IMG/VR virus record: IMGVR_UViG_3300035698_007208
Location: 33,927-97,926 of that record
Source of the DNA: a virus
Direction: 5' to 3' (one strand)
DNA length: 64,000 nt
Of this stretch, positions 40,947 through 49,227 are shown one piece after another. The notes under the pieces were generated by a model, which worked only from the letters and a program-made list of their open reading frames with translations, was not told the origin of the DNA and ran no database searches. Each line of letters begins with the position of its first letter. Position 1 is the first letter of the stretch. The translations under genes were made by a program, and so were the position numbers.

Positions 40947-40947
40947 A

Positions 40948-41565
40948 CTATTCTTCTTTTGATGGACGACCTGGTCCACGTTTCGGCTTAAGATCAGGAT
41001 CAAGCTCGTAGGCTTTTGCTTTCTTTGTTTTTGCATCAACTAACAATGCGGCTGCATCAGCTTCAAGTAATTGTGACTGTGTTAACAGTCCGGCAGCAAT
41101 ATCAGCAGGGGAAGCATCTAGTTGAGTTGGTTCTACGTTAGTACTTTGAGAACTTTGAGAACTTTCATTTAGCGTGGCAGGATCAACGTCCCGAGCAAGT
41201 GGTGGATTGGATCCGTTAATTTTCTTTCTAATTTCTAAATTAACTTCCCGTAGTGGCAATGAGTCTGATGGAGTGGGAGTCATATGCACCATATCAACAC
41301 TAACTTTATTAATTTTTCGAGTTTGATGTAAATTGGTAAGCATGTTAGACCCGTCATTAAATTGACGCCTATTTAATACTTCACTAATTTCGTTTGACTC
41401 TTGTCCTTCAGCACTTTGAATTACGTTCATTAGTGCATCGTGATCTGCATCTGGTAATGATCCTGTTTCAATTACCAAGCAATTATCAGGTTCTGTTGGT
41501 ACTTCTCTAAATAAAATAACACAAGGTTTTTCACCAACCTTTCCAACGTGCTTTACTACTGTCAT
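40948..41565 (-). CDS. Conserved jumbo-phage hypothetical protein
   Basis: KHVG..FREVP...CLV; C-terminal AT-hook-like KRGPGRP. Confidence 0.7.
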   Translation of the reverse strand: MTVVKHVGKVGEKPCVILFREVPTEPDNCLVIETGSLPDADHDALMNVIQSAEGQESNEISEVLNRRQFNDGSNMLTNLHQTRKINKVSVDMVHMTPTPSDSLPLREVNLEIRKKINGSNPPLARDVDPATLNESSQSSQSTNVEPTQLDASPADIAAGLLTQSQLLEADAAALLVDAKTKKAKAYELDPDLKPKRGPGRPSKEE

Positions 41566-41798
41566 TATTCTGACTCCTGTTCTAGAGCAGCCTGTGCTGC
41601 ATTTTGTTGTTCTTCCACATAAGTTAAGAAAGCGTTTAGTTTGTCATAAACAGTACCAACTTGTGAAAGTTCGCCGCCTTTAAATGCGCCTCGTTGTGTG
41701 GCTATGTCAACAACCTGCCTTAGTGTAGCCAAATCGGCCAAATTAATTCCTTCGGGTTGCTCGTCTTCACTATTTGGTTGTACTTCTTCTTGGGTCAT
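41565..41798 (-). CDS. Conserved phage hypothetical protein
   Basis: DIATQRGAFK..EL..VG.VYDKL..FL motif; SD GGAG; TAAATA at 41834-41839. Confidence 0.7.
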   Translation of the reverse strand: MTQEEVQPNSEDEQPEGINLADLATLRQVVDIATQRGAFKGGELSQVGTVYDKLNAFLTYVEEQQNAAQAALEQESE

Positions 41799-41876
41799 AT
41801 AATGACACTCCTGTTATATTGTGTTGTATCTACTATTTACTACTGTAATGCAATATATTGCTATAATAGTGGCAGG

Positions 41877-41912
41877 AAAGTAGAAAGCAACATTACTTTT
41901 GCTTTCTACTTT
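41877..41912. terminator. 14-bp perfect hairpin downstream of the VWA gene (probable terminator)
   Basis: AAAGTAGAAAGCAA-N8-TTGCTTTCTACTTT. Confidence 0.6.
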
Positions 41913-41936
41913 GTATTCCAAGGACTTAGTCTGTTA

Positions 41937-43346
41937 TTAAGAAGACTTTTTATTTTGGTGGGAATATGGAACGGTGACTCCATATGGTGCTTTTGGAGAA
42001 GTACCATCCTTTTTACCATGTACAATAAATAATGTTTCACAGTAATGTTCATCTCCCCAACCACCATATGGGTACCCATCTGTAAACATGATAAACTTTT
42101 TAGGCTCAATCCCCTCACTTTTCATAAATTCCCAGTTAGGCAAGAAATCAGTGCCACCAAATCCAGCTAATTCATAATCTAATAAGCCTTCTTGGTTAGC
42201 TTCAGTAAATTTTTGTGGGTTATGCACTTCAGTATCAAAGCACCAAAGACTTAAACTAAACTCTGGGTATGATTCCATAATACCATTAACTTCAGAGAGG
42301 AAGTCTCTTAACATTTCTTTACTAATACTGCCAGAAGTATCAATTGCAATTGCAACATCAATAGTTTCATCATTATCCATTCCTGGCAAGTAAATTCCTT
42401 GATCCATTCCTTTCCTGCTAAATCGCATAAAATTATAATCATTCTTAATTATACTTTTAATTTCCATAGCAAGATACTCACGCCAATCAATTTGCGGATT
42501 AAGCAAGTGATCAAGCATTCGCTTAACACCACCTGGTAAATTACTTGCTCCAGCAGCTTGCGCGGCTTGTATAACAGCATTTCGGAAGTTGTTTGCTATT
42601 TGCTCCTTCTCTTCCTCAGTGTATCTAGCCGGGCCGCTTTCACCATTTTCGCCATCCTCGCCATCAGAACCTTCATCGTCACCAGCACCACGGTCCATGT
42701 GTGTGTCCATTAATACTTGTCCGCCTGTGCCTTGTCCACCATTTTTTCGAGCTTCATCATACAACATATCATATACGTTTTCTGATGTCATTCCTTTATA
42801 TTTACTATCGTAGCAAATATTAATGAGTGTAATTTTAGTACCAATTTTACCTTCAACTAGTTCATAATTGATAACATAGTCATTTGCTATGTTCCATAAT
42901 ATTGGAATTCTGTCACCTCGTCTGTCACCGTCCATGTGGTCATACACGCAATGCATTACCTCGTGGCCTACTAGGAACACAGTTTCTTGATCACTTAATG
43001 CAGCAACAAAATTGCGATTGTAGTAAAAATACTTACCATCTGTGCCAGCAGTTTGAATTTGTCCGCCTGGCCAGTCAGTGGCGTCCCTTAGTATAAGACG
43101 AGTTGCTAAGTTTCCAAAAAACGGCGCATCCATTAACATACCGATTCGCGCTTTAATTAGTTTACGTTCAATTTGGGTTGCTGTTAGCTCAGTAACTGGT
43201 ATATTGAGTGGAGGTGGTTGATTTGGGTCTTGTGCATCGCCTGCATTATGGCCGGCAGTAGTGGTAGGAGTAGATGATTTAGCCTCACTAAATGTGTAGC
43301 TTTTTTTAGCGTAGCTGTTGCGTAATCTTCTGTTTATCCTTGGCAT
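41937..43346 (-). CDS. Metallopeptidase (HExxH) + VWA domain protein (DUF2201-like)
   Basis: TAGTDG, HEVMH, WNIAND..IN, DTSGSIS (MIDAS), CFDT, GGTDF, FTDG. Confidence 0.9.
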   Translation of the reverse strand: MPRINRRLRNSYAKKSYTFSEAKSSTPTTTAGHNAGDAQDPNQPPPLNIPVTELTATQIERKLIKARIGMLMDAPFFGNLATRLILRDATDWPGGQIQTAGTDGKYFYYNRNFVAALSDQETVFLVGHEVMHCVYDHMDGDRRGDRIPILWNIANDYVINYELVEGKIGTKITLINICYDSKYKGMTSENVYDMLYDEARKNGGQGTGGQVLMDTHMDRGAGDDEGSDGEDGENGESGPARYTEEEKEQIANNFRNAVIQAAQAAGASNLPGGVKRMLDHLLNPQIDWREYLAMEIKSIIKNDYNFMRFSRKGMDQGIYLPGMDNDETIDVAIAIDTSGSISKEMLRDFLSEVNGIMESYPEFSLSLWCFDTEVHNPQKFTEANQEGLLDYELAGFGGTDFLPNWEFMKSEGIEPKKFIMFTDGYPYGGWGDEHYCETLFIVHGKKDGTSPKAPYGVTVPYSHQNKKSS

Positions 43347-43375
43347 GATTGTTCCTTATTAATGTATATGTATAT

Positions 43376-43403
43376 ATTATAGCATGATTTATAGTGCAGT
43401 CAA
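43376..43403 (-). promoter_or_regulatory. Sigma70-type promoter
   Basis: TTGACT-16-TATAAT with extended TG. Confidence 0.75.
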
Positions 43404-43435
43404 CATTATAATTTAACCTACCATGCGATCAAATT

Positions 43436-43456
43436 AAAAAGCCCTGTTGCCAGGGC
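43436..43456 (-). terminator. Rho-independent terminator
   Basis: GCCCTG-GCAA-CAGGGC-TTTTT. Confidence 0.85.
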
Positions 43457-43519
43457 CCAAAACCTTATGCTATATAGTAGGAGTAACATAGGTAGGCGCA
43501 CAAGGTTTATGCTTGTTAC

Positions 43520-44644
43520 TTAAACAATTAAGTCTAAGTATTCTCGGTTAAACGTATCCATTAATTCTGTATCAAGGACCTTGCGGAAGTTGAAACGGAT
43601 TTGGTAGTCTTTCATCATTGTTTGGAACAATAACACTACCATTTCAGGATTAAAGTTATTAAATGCAAATCTAGACACGTTATTGATATACTTATAGCAT
43701 GCTTCAAGACCTTCATTTTTAAAGATTTCGTTAATTTCGTAAGCCATGCTTACAGTTAACGTGTATTTAGCTGAAATCTCTTCAGCTACTTTGCCTTCAA
43801 GTTTTGTTACTTTTCCTGCAAGGATGTCTGAAGGATTGGGAAGAAACGCTGCAATTTTTCGGTGTTCTCCAAATTTTGCAGCAACACCTTCACCAACTGC
43901 ACCAGCAATTTCAGTTTTTTGTTCAGTATCTGATGCAGCATGGAAGCTAGGAATTTTTAGCATTTCATTAACATAAACCCAAGAACGGGGAGTTGCAAAA
44001 GCATGCCCACTGCTTGTAGGATTAAAGTTAAACAAGTCTTGTTTAGCAAAAGACATGTAACCAATAATCTCAGGAGCAATATTGTTCATCAGCGCCCACT
44101 GTCTCCAATCTTTAAAGTTAACTTCCATTTCAATATGGCGGAAACGGTTAGCTAATGGAGAAGGCATTTTGTATGTGGTGCCACGGTCAGTATCTCTGTT
44201 ACCAGCTGCCACAATGCGTACATTGTCTGGTAGTAAATATTGACCAATTCTTTTGTTAAGAACTAATTGGTATGCTGCGGCTTGTACACTTTGCGGAGCA
44301 CTGTTCATTTCATCTAGGAAAAGTATAACAGTATCGTATTGGGCTGCTAATTCAGCAGAGGGTAAGTCAACAGGCGGCGCCCATTCCATTTGATTTGTTT
44401 CGTTATTACGGAAAGGATATCCGCGAAGATCAGTTGGTTCCATTAAAGCCAAGCGTAGATCAATAATTAATACTTTTTCACCTAATCCATTAGATGGATC
44501 TTTACCAAGGTCGGCAACCATCTCGCTTTTACCAATACCTGGCGGTCCCCAAATAAACATTGGGCGATTAGCTAGCATGGCGCGAAGAATAATTGGTTTT
44601 GCTTGTGATGGGCGTGCTGTTAATGACTGTATTGCATTTGACAT
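43520..44644 (-). CDS. MoxR-like AAA+ ATPase
   Basis: GPPGIGKS Walker A, LFLDE Walker B, AAGN sensor 1, LANRF arginine finger, TPRSW. Confidence 0.92.
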   Translation of the reverse strand: MSNAIQSLTARPSQAKPIILRAMLANRPMFIWGPPGIGKSEMVADLGKDPSNGLGEKVLIIDLRLALMEPTDLRGYPFRNNETNQMEWAPPVDLPSAELAAQYDTVILFLDEMNSAPQSVQAAAYQLVLNKRIGQYLLPDNVRIVAAGNRDTDRGTTYKMPSPLANRFRHIEMEVNFKDWRQWALMNNIAPEIIGYMSFAKQDLFNFNPTSSGHAFATPRSWVYVNEMLKIPSFHAASDTEQKTEIAGAVGEGVAAKFGEHRKIAAFLPNPSDILAGKVTKLEGKVAEEISAKYTLTVSMAYEINEIFKNEGLEACYKYINNVSRFAFNNFNPEMVVLLFQTMMKDYQIRFNFRKVLDTELMDTFNREYLDLIV

Positions 44645-44714
44645 TTTGTTACTCCTAGTATTGTGCCTATTTAAATATTTACTAAAGTCCTATGTGTCTT
44701 TAGTACTTAAACCT

Positions 44715-44743
44715 ATTATAGCATCAATGTTTTAACATGTCAA
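44715..44743 (-). promoter_or_regulatory. Sigma70-type promoter (consensus)
   Basis: TTGACA-17-TATAAT with extended TG. Confidence 0.85.
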
Positions 44744-44768
44744 CTATAAATGTGTTAATAATTAAAAG

Positions 44769-45332
44769 TTAACGTACATTAATATTAATTGTAATCATTT
44801 CACCAACGTTAGGTGCAGTATACCGTTTAACTGTGTACTGTTGGCCTTGTATTTCTATTAAAACATTGAAGTATTGTAGCTCATCTTCAATTTGCGGAAC
44901 ATTTACCCAACTAACAACTTCACGACAATGGAGGTTGGAATTTTGGCGGTTACGGGATGATTGGTTTCCCACACTATTACCTAACAGTCCACCTAGCACC
45001 ATTGCAATGTCAGTGCCACTGCCACCGCCAATTTGACTCCCTACTCCAATGCCAATTGCAGTGCCTATTAGTCCTTGGGGACTGCCAAATAATCCGTTAG
45101 ACCCACGCTCAATAAGCCCATCACTGCGCCTTGCTGTTCTAACGTTGTCACAGATGGTTTCCTGCGCAGCAACCCGCTCGTAACGTACTACACTGGTATA
45201 AATAGGGTCTACTCTTAATACAAGGCCTTTATTTTGGCCGGCACTAGCTGAAGCAGGAATGGCAATTGTTACTATAGTGACTATTGTAAAACTTAATATT
45301 CCAATAAATCTGTTAAACTCTTTTATATACAT
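44769..45332 (-). CDS. Exported glycine-zipper 2TM protein (YcfJ-like)
   Basis: Signal peptide; GTAIGIGVGSQIGGGSG..IA.VLGGLLGNSVG; paired Cys. Confidence 0.8.
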   Translation of the reverse strand: MYIKEFNRFIGILSFTIVTIVTIAIPASASAGQNKGLVLRVDPIYTSVVRYERVAAQETICDNVRTARRSDGLIERGSNGLFGSPQGLIGTAIGIGVGSQIGGGSGTDIAMVLGGLLGNSVGNQSSRNRQNSNLHCREVVSWVNVPQIEDELQYFNVLIEIQGQQYTVKRYTAPNVGEMITININVR

Positions 45333-45361
45333 GATATTCCCTTAGTGATTTATAATATCAC

Positions 45362-45389
45362 ATAATAGCATATAATCTACTTATGTCAA
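45362..45389 (-). promoter_or_regulatory. Sigma70-type promoter
   Basis: TTGACA-16-TATTAT with extended TG. Confidence 0.7.
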
Positions 45390-45449
45390 CACTAAAAATC
45401 TTAGCAAAACAGTAAGTCACCAGTCTTATATACATTATATTTGTGCTTG

Positions 45450-45457
45450 TATAAATA
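45450..45457 (+). promoter_or_regulatory. T4-type late promoter TATAAATA; a second ATAAATA at 45526-45532
   Basis: Exact consensus heading the + strand island. Confidence 0.7.
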
Positions 45458-45483
45458 CATATGAAGGCAACAAGTCTTCACCA

Positions 45484-45519
45484 ACTGAATTAAACAATTA
45501 AGCGTCTATTCAGTACGCT
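45484..45519. ncRNA. Pseudoknot-forming motif, copy 1
   Basis: ACTGAAT/ATTCAGT interleaved with AGCGT/ACGCT. Confidence 0.6.
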
Positions 45520-45537
45520 GTAAAGATAAATAATATT

Positions 45538-45578
45538 ACAGATTTTAAACATTAGCCTGCTAATCTGTCGGCCTAACT
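45538..45578. ncRNA. Pseudoknot-forming motif, copy 2
   Basis: ACAGATT/AATCTGT interleaved with bulged TTAGCC/GGCCTAA. Confidence 0.5.
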
Positions 45579-45580
45579 AT

Positions 45581-46375
45581 ATGATATTACCTTACGTTTA
45601 CAAACTTACTAATCGTTTATCTGGCCAATTCTATTTTGGATATAGAGCCGCGAATAAATTCCCATCAAATCAAGATCTAGGCACGTTTTATTTCACATCA
45701 GCACCAAAAGTTAAAGAAAACTTCGATGAATTCGATACACAGATTATAGCTGAGTTTTATGATGGGAAAGACGCTTGGCGATTTGAGCAAACACTTATAG
45801 AAGAATACAGTAAAGATCCATTAATGTTAAATAATAGCTTTTTCAAAAGTGACAGTAAAGTGTTCTCGACTGCGGGCAGACCGAGAACAGAAGAAGAAAA
45901 ACAGAGTATACGAGAAAAGAAGTTAGGGATAAAGCGTGATTATTCTCCAACACCTGAAACAATAGCGAAAATGCTAAAATCCAGGAAATGGTACAAAACA
46001 TCAAAAGAAACAGCAGCTAAAGGAGTAGCGACAAGAAAGCAAAACGGAAAGGAATAGTGCTCAGATGATACTAGGAAGAAAATATCAGAAGCCAAAACGT
46101 CATTCTACAAGACAGAAGAAGGGAAAAATTGCGGGTCTGGTGTACCAAAAGGCACTGTACCGTGGAACAAGGGGAAAACAGGAGGCAAGGCTTGGAACAA
46201 AGGTCTTAAAACAGGACCGCAATCTGCTGAACTAAGAGCAAAGAGGTCGGCGAGCAGAAAAGGAAAACGTATATATAACAACCCGGAAACGGGAGAAACG
46301 GTTTTTTGTTTACCAGAAAATTGTCCTAATAATTGGATTATTGGGAAATTTAAAAATAACAAAACTACAGACTAA
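45581..46375 (+). pseudogene. GIY-YIG-like homing endonuclease with NUMOD3-like repeats, interrupted by an in-frame TAG at 46055-46057
   Basis: PYVYKLTN..GQFYFG.R...YFTS, E..LI. The frame continues past the TAG (CSDDTRKKISEA..PWNKG..AWNKG..YNNPETG) to TAA 46373-46375, 264 codons in total. Confidence 0.75.
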
Positions 46376-46403
46376 TAAAATCAGTTAGCTAGTCTGTCTA
46401 ACT
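46367..46403. ncRNA. Pseudoknot-forming motif, copy 3
   Basis: ACAGACTA/TAGTCTGT interleaved with AGTTAG/CTAACT. Confidence 0.6.
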
Positions 46404-46419
46404 ACAATAGGAAATATTA

Positions 46420-47217
46420 ATGATGGCGTACAAAAAGAAGCTGGTAGCAGCTATAAAATCTAACGGAAAGATACTTCGAGAATTTGGCGAAGCAGTCTAC
46501 GTACCATTCGGTACCGAATATTCAATCTTACTTAAGAACTTAGACAATCGCAGAGTCGTGGCTCGTATTTTTATTGATGGAGAAGATGTTACTTCAGGCG
46601 GCGTAGTAATTGGACCTAAGAATCAAATTGACTTTGAACGGTCACTTATTACCGGCAGCATGGATAAGGGCAATAAATTTAAATTTATTGAGCGTTCGAA
46701 TAAGGTAGAAAAACATAGAGGCATTAAGCTTGAAGACGGACTTGTCCGTGTTGAGTATGAATTTGAAAAAGAAATAGAATATAAACTACCAGTACAATCC
46801 GAATATATACCATGGAATAAGATGTATAATATTACATCAACTTTTGGATCAGCCAGTTCAGGTAAAATAGGATCAAATGTATTACGATCATCAACTACCA
46901 AAAGTGACCGCCAGCAACCAAATCAGGAAATATATACGGCAAGTGTTGCTACTGCTGCTGTACCACAGAATGAAACAGGCGTAACAGTGGCAGGCAGCGA
47001 GAGTGATCAGAAGTTTGTAACTGTAAACTGGTTTCCAACTGAATTAGAAACCCATACTATTATTTTAAATTTGTTTGGTGAAACTGAGGATAATAAGGTA
47101 ATACGTGAACCTATTACCACAAATGTAAAGCAAGACTGCTTGTCGTGTGGCACTAAAAATAAGATTAAATCAAAGTTTTGTAGTGAATGCGGTACAGGAT
47201 TAGAACTTTTTGCGTAA
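46420..47217 (+). CDS. Hypothetical protein with C-terminal zinc ribbon
   Basis: beta-rich N-terminal domain; CLSC...CSEC at the C-terminus; SD AGGA. Confidence 0.8.
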   Translation: MMAYKKKLVAAIKSNGKILREFGEAVYVPFGTEYSILLKNLDNRRVVARIFIDGEDVTSGGVVIGPKNQIDFERSLITGSMDKGNKFKFIERSNKVEKHRGIKLEDGLVRVEYEFEKEIEYKLPVQSEYIPWNKMYNITSTFGSASSGKIGSNVLRSSTTKSDRQQPNQEIYTASVATAAVPQNETGVTVAGSESDQKFVTVNWFPTELETHTIILNLFGETEDNKVIREPITTNVKQDCLSCGTKNKIKSKFCSECGTGLELFA

Positions 47218-47221
47218 ATAA

Positions 47222-47247
47222 TTGAATGGGGCTTCGGCCCCATTCAA
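47222..47247. terminator. Bidirectional terminator hairpin with cUUCGg loop
   Basis: TTGAATGGGGC-TTCG-GCCCCATTCAA between convergent genes. Confidence 0.85.
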
Positions 47248-47624
47248 ATCATTTCAATAAAACCCTGCAAGTCTCCCCCGCCCATTTTAAACCAGGCTGC
47301 ATCCTCTTTATTATAAAATACAATATCACGATCATCAACATAGTATGGATATTGCATGTTTGCATCTAGCGCCATAAGAATTCCAAGTGTCATCCCATAG
47401 TTATGATTATATTCGTAGTGGTCTAAAATAGAATGAAGTAAAATTTGACCAATAGATGTTAGTCTCAGGCCTACACTATTGCCATTTTGGTTACGGTAGT
47501 TCTTAAATATAAGATGGTGCTTATCTATTAACGATAAAACAGAATAGACCTTATGAGGATTGGTTTCAAATTTCTTGTCCAACAGTTCCAATATTTCAGT
47601 TTGTTTTAGAGCATGAGACTTCAA
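47244..47624 (-). CDS. Hypothetical protein
   Basis: GLRLT..G, PYY motifs; TTG start. Confidence 0.6.
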   Translation of the reverse strand: MKSHALKQTEILELLDKKFETNPHKVYSVLSLIDKHHLIFKNYRNQNGNSVGLRLTSIGQILLHSILDHYEYNHNYGMTLGILMALDANMQYPYYVDDRDIVFYNKEDAAWFKMGGGDLQGFIEMI

Positions 47625-47921
47625 TTAATTGTCATCTTCTGTAACTATTTCACCAACAGTAAGCTTAACAACTGTAAACTTACCAGTTGCAAATTTCTTA
47701 TTCATTCTATCAGCCAAGTTAAAAGCATGCCCACTATTTGAAAATGATACTTTTTTGTATTTAGGCCCTGGATAACTTACCAACGTATTGGATACTCGTA
47801 AGTTAATGGGTTTGCCTTCGTAAAATACGCTATATATTGCTTCAGCGCTCAGCACCTGTTCTGCCTTGTAGGTGTGCTTATTTACTGCTTCTAAAATAAT
47901 TTCTGGCTTTGGTCTAGACAT
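47625..47921 (-). CDS. Conserved jumbo-phage hypothetical protein
   Basis: MSRPKP, YPGPKYKKVSFSN.GHA; ATAAATA at 47943-47949 plus SD GGAG. Confidence 0.75.
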   Translation of the reverse strand: MSRPKPEIILEAVNKHTYKAEQVLSAEAIYSVFYEGKPINLRVSNTLVSYPGPKYKKVSFSNSGHAFNLADRMNKKFATGKFTVVKLTVGEIVTEDDN

Positions 47922-47970
47922 AATATACTTCTCCTATACACATATTTATCAGAAATAACACATTAACGTA

Positions 47971-48384
47971 TTAGTTAACCTTTATTGGAGTTTTCCTGTA
48001 CCAATTAGGCTTCTGAGATATTCGAAATGCAATCCTTGCACGAGCAATATTTTGCTCTGTTAGTGTAGGAGTCCAATCGTTATACAAATTATCAGGAAAA
48101 ACGCTATCTGGAAATTTCCTACTAGCGTCTGGGTTCATTCCACGTGCCTGCATTTCAGCTACTAATTGGTCATAACGATTAGACAAATAATAGCCTTTGT
48201 TGTAAAAGAAGTAAACATGCCCAGTATTTAGTGTGTATTTACTTGGTACTTTTTTTTCAGAATACCCAGCCTTACTTTTTAAGGTGCGACTAAGCGCAGC
48301 AGGAACCATAGTAATTTCTCGGTATTCAGCAACTAAGTGTTGGTCATACAGTTCACTTGGTGGAACTATGTTAATTCTAGTCAT
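47971..48384 (-). CDS. denV: Pyrimidine-dimer DNA glycosylase / endonuclease V
   Basis: MTRIN..L.DQHL.AEYRE, YTL.TGHV.FFY.K, RI.QKP.WY. Confidence 0.92.
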   Translation of the reverse strand: MTRINIVPPSELYDQHLVAEYREITMVPAALSRTLKSKAGYSEKKVPSKYTLNTGHVYFFYNKGYYLSNRYDQLVAEMQARGMNPDASRKFPDSVFPDNLYNDWTPTLTEQNIARARIAFRISQKPNWYRKTPIKVN

Positions 48385-48388
48385 TTAA

Positions 48389-48619
48389 CTACCAACTGTG
48401 TTGTAGGAACTTTTTAAATTCTGTATACCCGCCCAAATGTACATCGTTTATAATTATTTGCGGGAAACTTTTTGCTTCAGGAAACAATTCTAACAATTCT
48501 TCTCTATTAAAGTCAACATCTAATTTCTTAATTACTAAATTAAATTTATTATCTTGAGTTAGTTTGATTGCCATGTCACAATAGACACAGTTATTTTTGC
48601 TATAAATTACTACATTCAT
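48389..48619 (-). CDS. Glutaredoxin
   Basis: CVYC, SFPQI, GGY. Confidence 0.9.
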   Translation of the reverse strand: MNVVIYSKNNCVYCDMAIKLTQDNKFNLVIKKLDVDFNREELLELFPEAKSFPQIIINDVHLGGYTEFKKFLQHSW

Positions 48620-49193
48620 AAGATACCTCTGCTTTATTTAGGAAGGTGTTAATCAAGAGGATTGCTTCATCTAAGTGGTCAAATCGATGTGAGCCGCCAG
48701 TATATAGCTTGTATTCGAATCGTCCCTCGATAAGTTCACAAGTTTTCTGCGGGCTAATAACAGTGTCGCCTTTGTCAAGTAAGACAAGTACGCAACCATC
48801 AGTCCGAAAACCTGATTTTTCATAGCTTTCTGCTACTATTGGAGTTATAACAAACTGTTCTCCAGTAACGTAATTCTGGGCAATTTTGCCTTGCTTCTCT
48901 CGTAATGCATACTGAGGAGTTAACGACGGGTTAAGAGCTACTACGGGAACACCGCAAGCGGCACCCACGTTAATAGCATGAAACCCACCTAGACTGCAAC
49001 CAACAATTAAGTCAATATTCTTATACTGCACCGCTTCAATCAGTTCTTTTTCAACTTCATCTTTTGGTCTAGCATAGTTAATAGTAAAACCAGCAACGTC
49101 ACCTAATACACTCAAAGATTTAATCTTTGCGCTATCAGGATTATACGCGCTAGCAAATCCATGTAAATATAATATCTTTAGTTTTTTATCCAT
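48600..49193 (-). CDS. YqiA/YcfP-like alpha/beta esterase
   Basis: LYLHGFAS, GCSLGG nucleophile elbow, NPS, GD.VI, GGSHRF; start placed at ATG 49193, downstream of the promoter. Confidence 0.85.
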   Translation of the reverse strand: MDKKLKILYLHGFASAYNPDSAKIKSLSVLGDVAGFTINYARPKDEVEKELIEAVQYKNIDLIVGCSLGGFHAINVGAACGVPVVALNPSLTPQYALREKQGKIAQNYVTGEQFVITPIVAESYEKSGFRTDGCVLVLLDKGDTVISPQKTCELIEGRFEYKLYTGGSHRFDHLDEAILLINTFLNKAEVSYECSNL

Positions 49194-49199
49194 ACAGTT

Positions 49200-49227
49200 A
49201 TTATACACTCAACAGTATAGATGTCAA
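49200..49227 (-). promoter_or_regulatory. Sigma70-type promoter (leaderless)
   Basis: TTGACA-16-TATAAT, 6 nt before the ATG. Confidence 0.8.

Noticed and set aside
45461-45493. 10-codon ORF MKATSLHQLN after TATAAATA as a leader peptide
   Set aside because: The ATG is only 3 nt from the promoter motif, closer than in the other leaderless cases, and the sequence is better explained by the hairpin and pseudoknot.
46105-46362. 85-aa minus-strand ORF
   Set aside because: It is the antisense shadow of the endonuclease C-terminal repeats beyond the TAG.
12751-46375. Genome-wide TAG recoding: several TAG stops (13093, 20087, 28330, 32882) are in frame with the next gene, and the endonuclease has an internal TAG
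   Set aside because: Long conserved genes contain no internal TAG. Most of these downstream genes have their own SD and start. Other TAG stops (33026, 40948, 48389, 51365) end genes normally and out of frame.
45484-46403. Assignment of the pseudoknot motif to preQ1, SAM-II, twister or HDV-like families
   Set aside because: The conserved nucleotides I recall for those families are not evident; left unassigned pending a covariance search.
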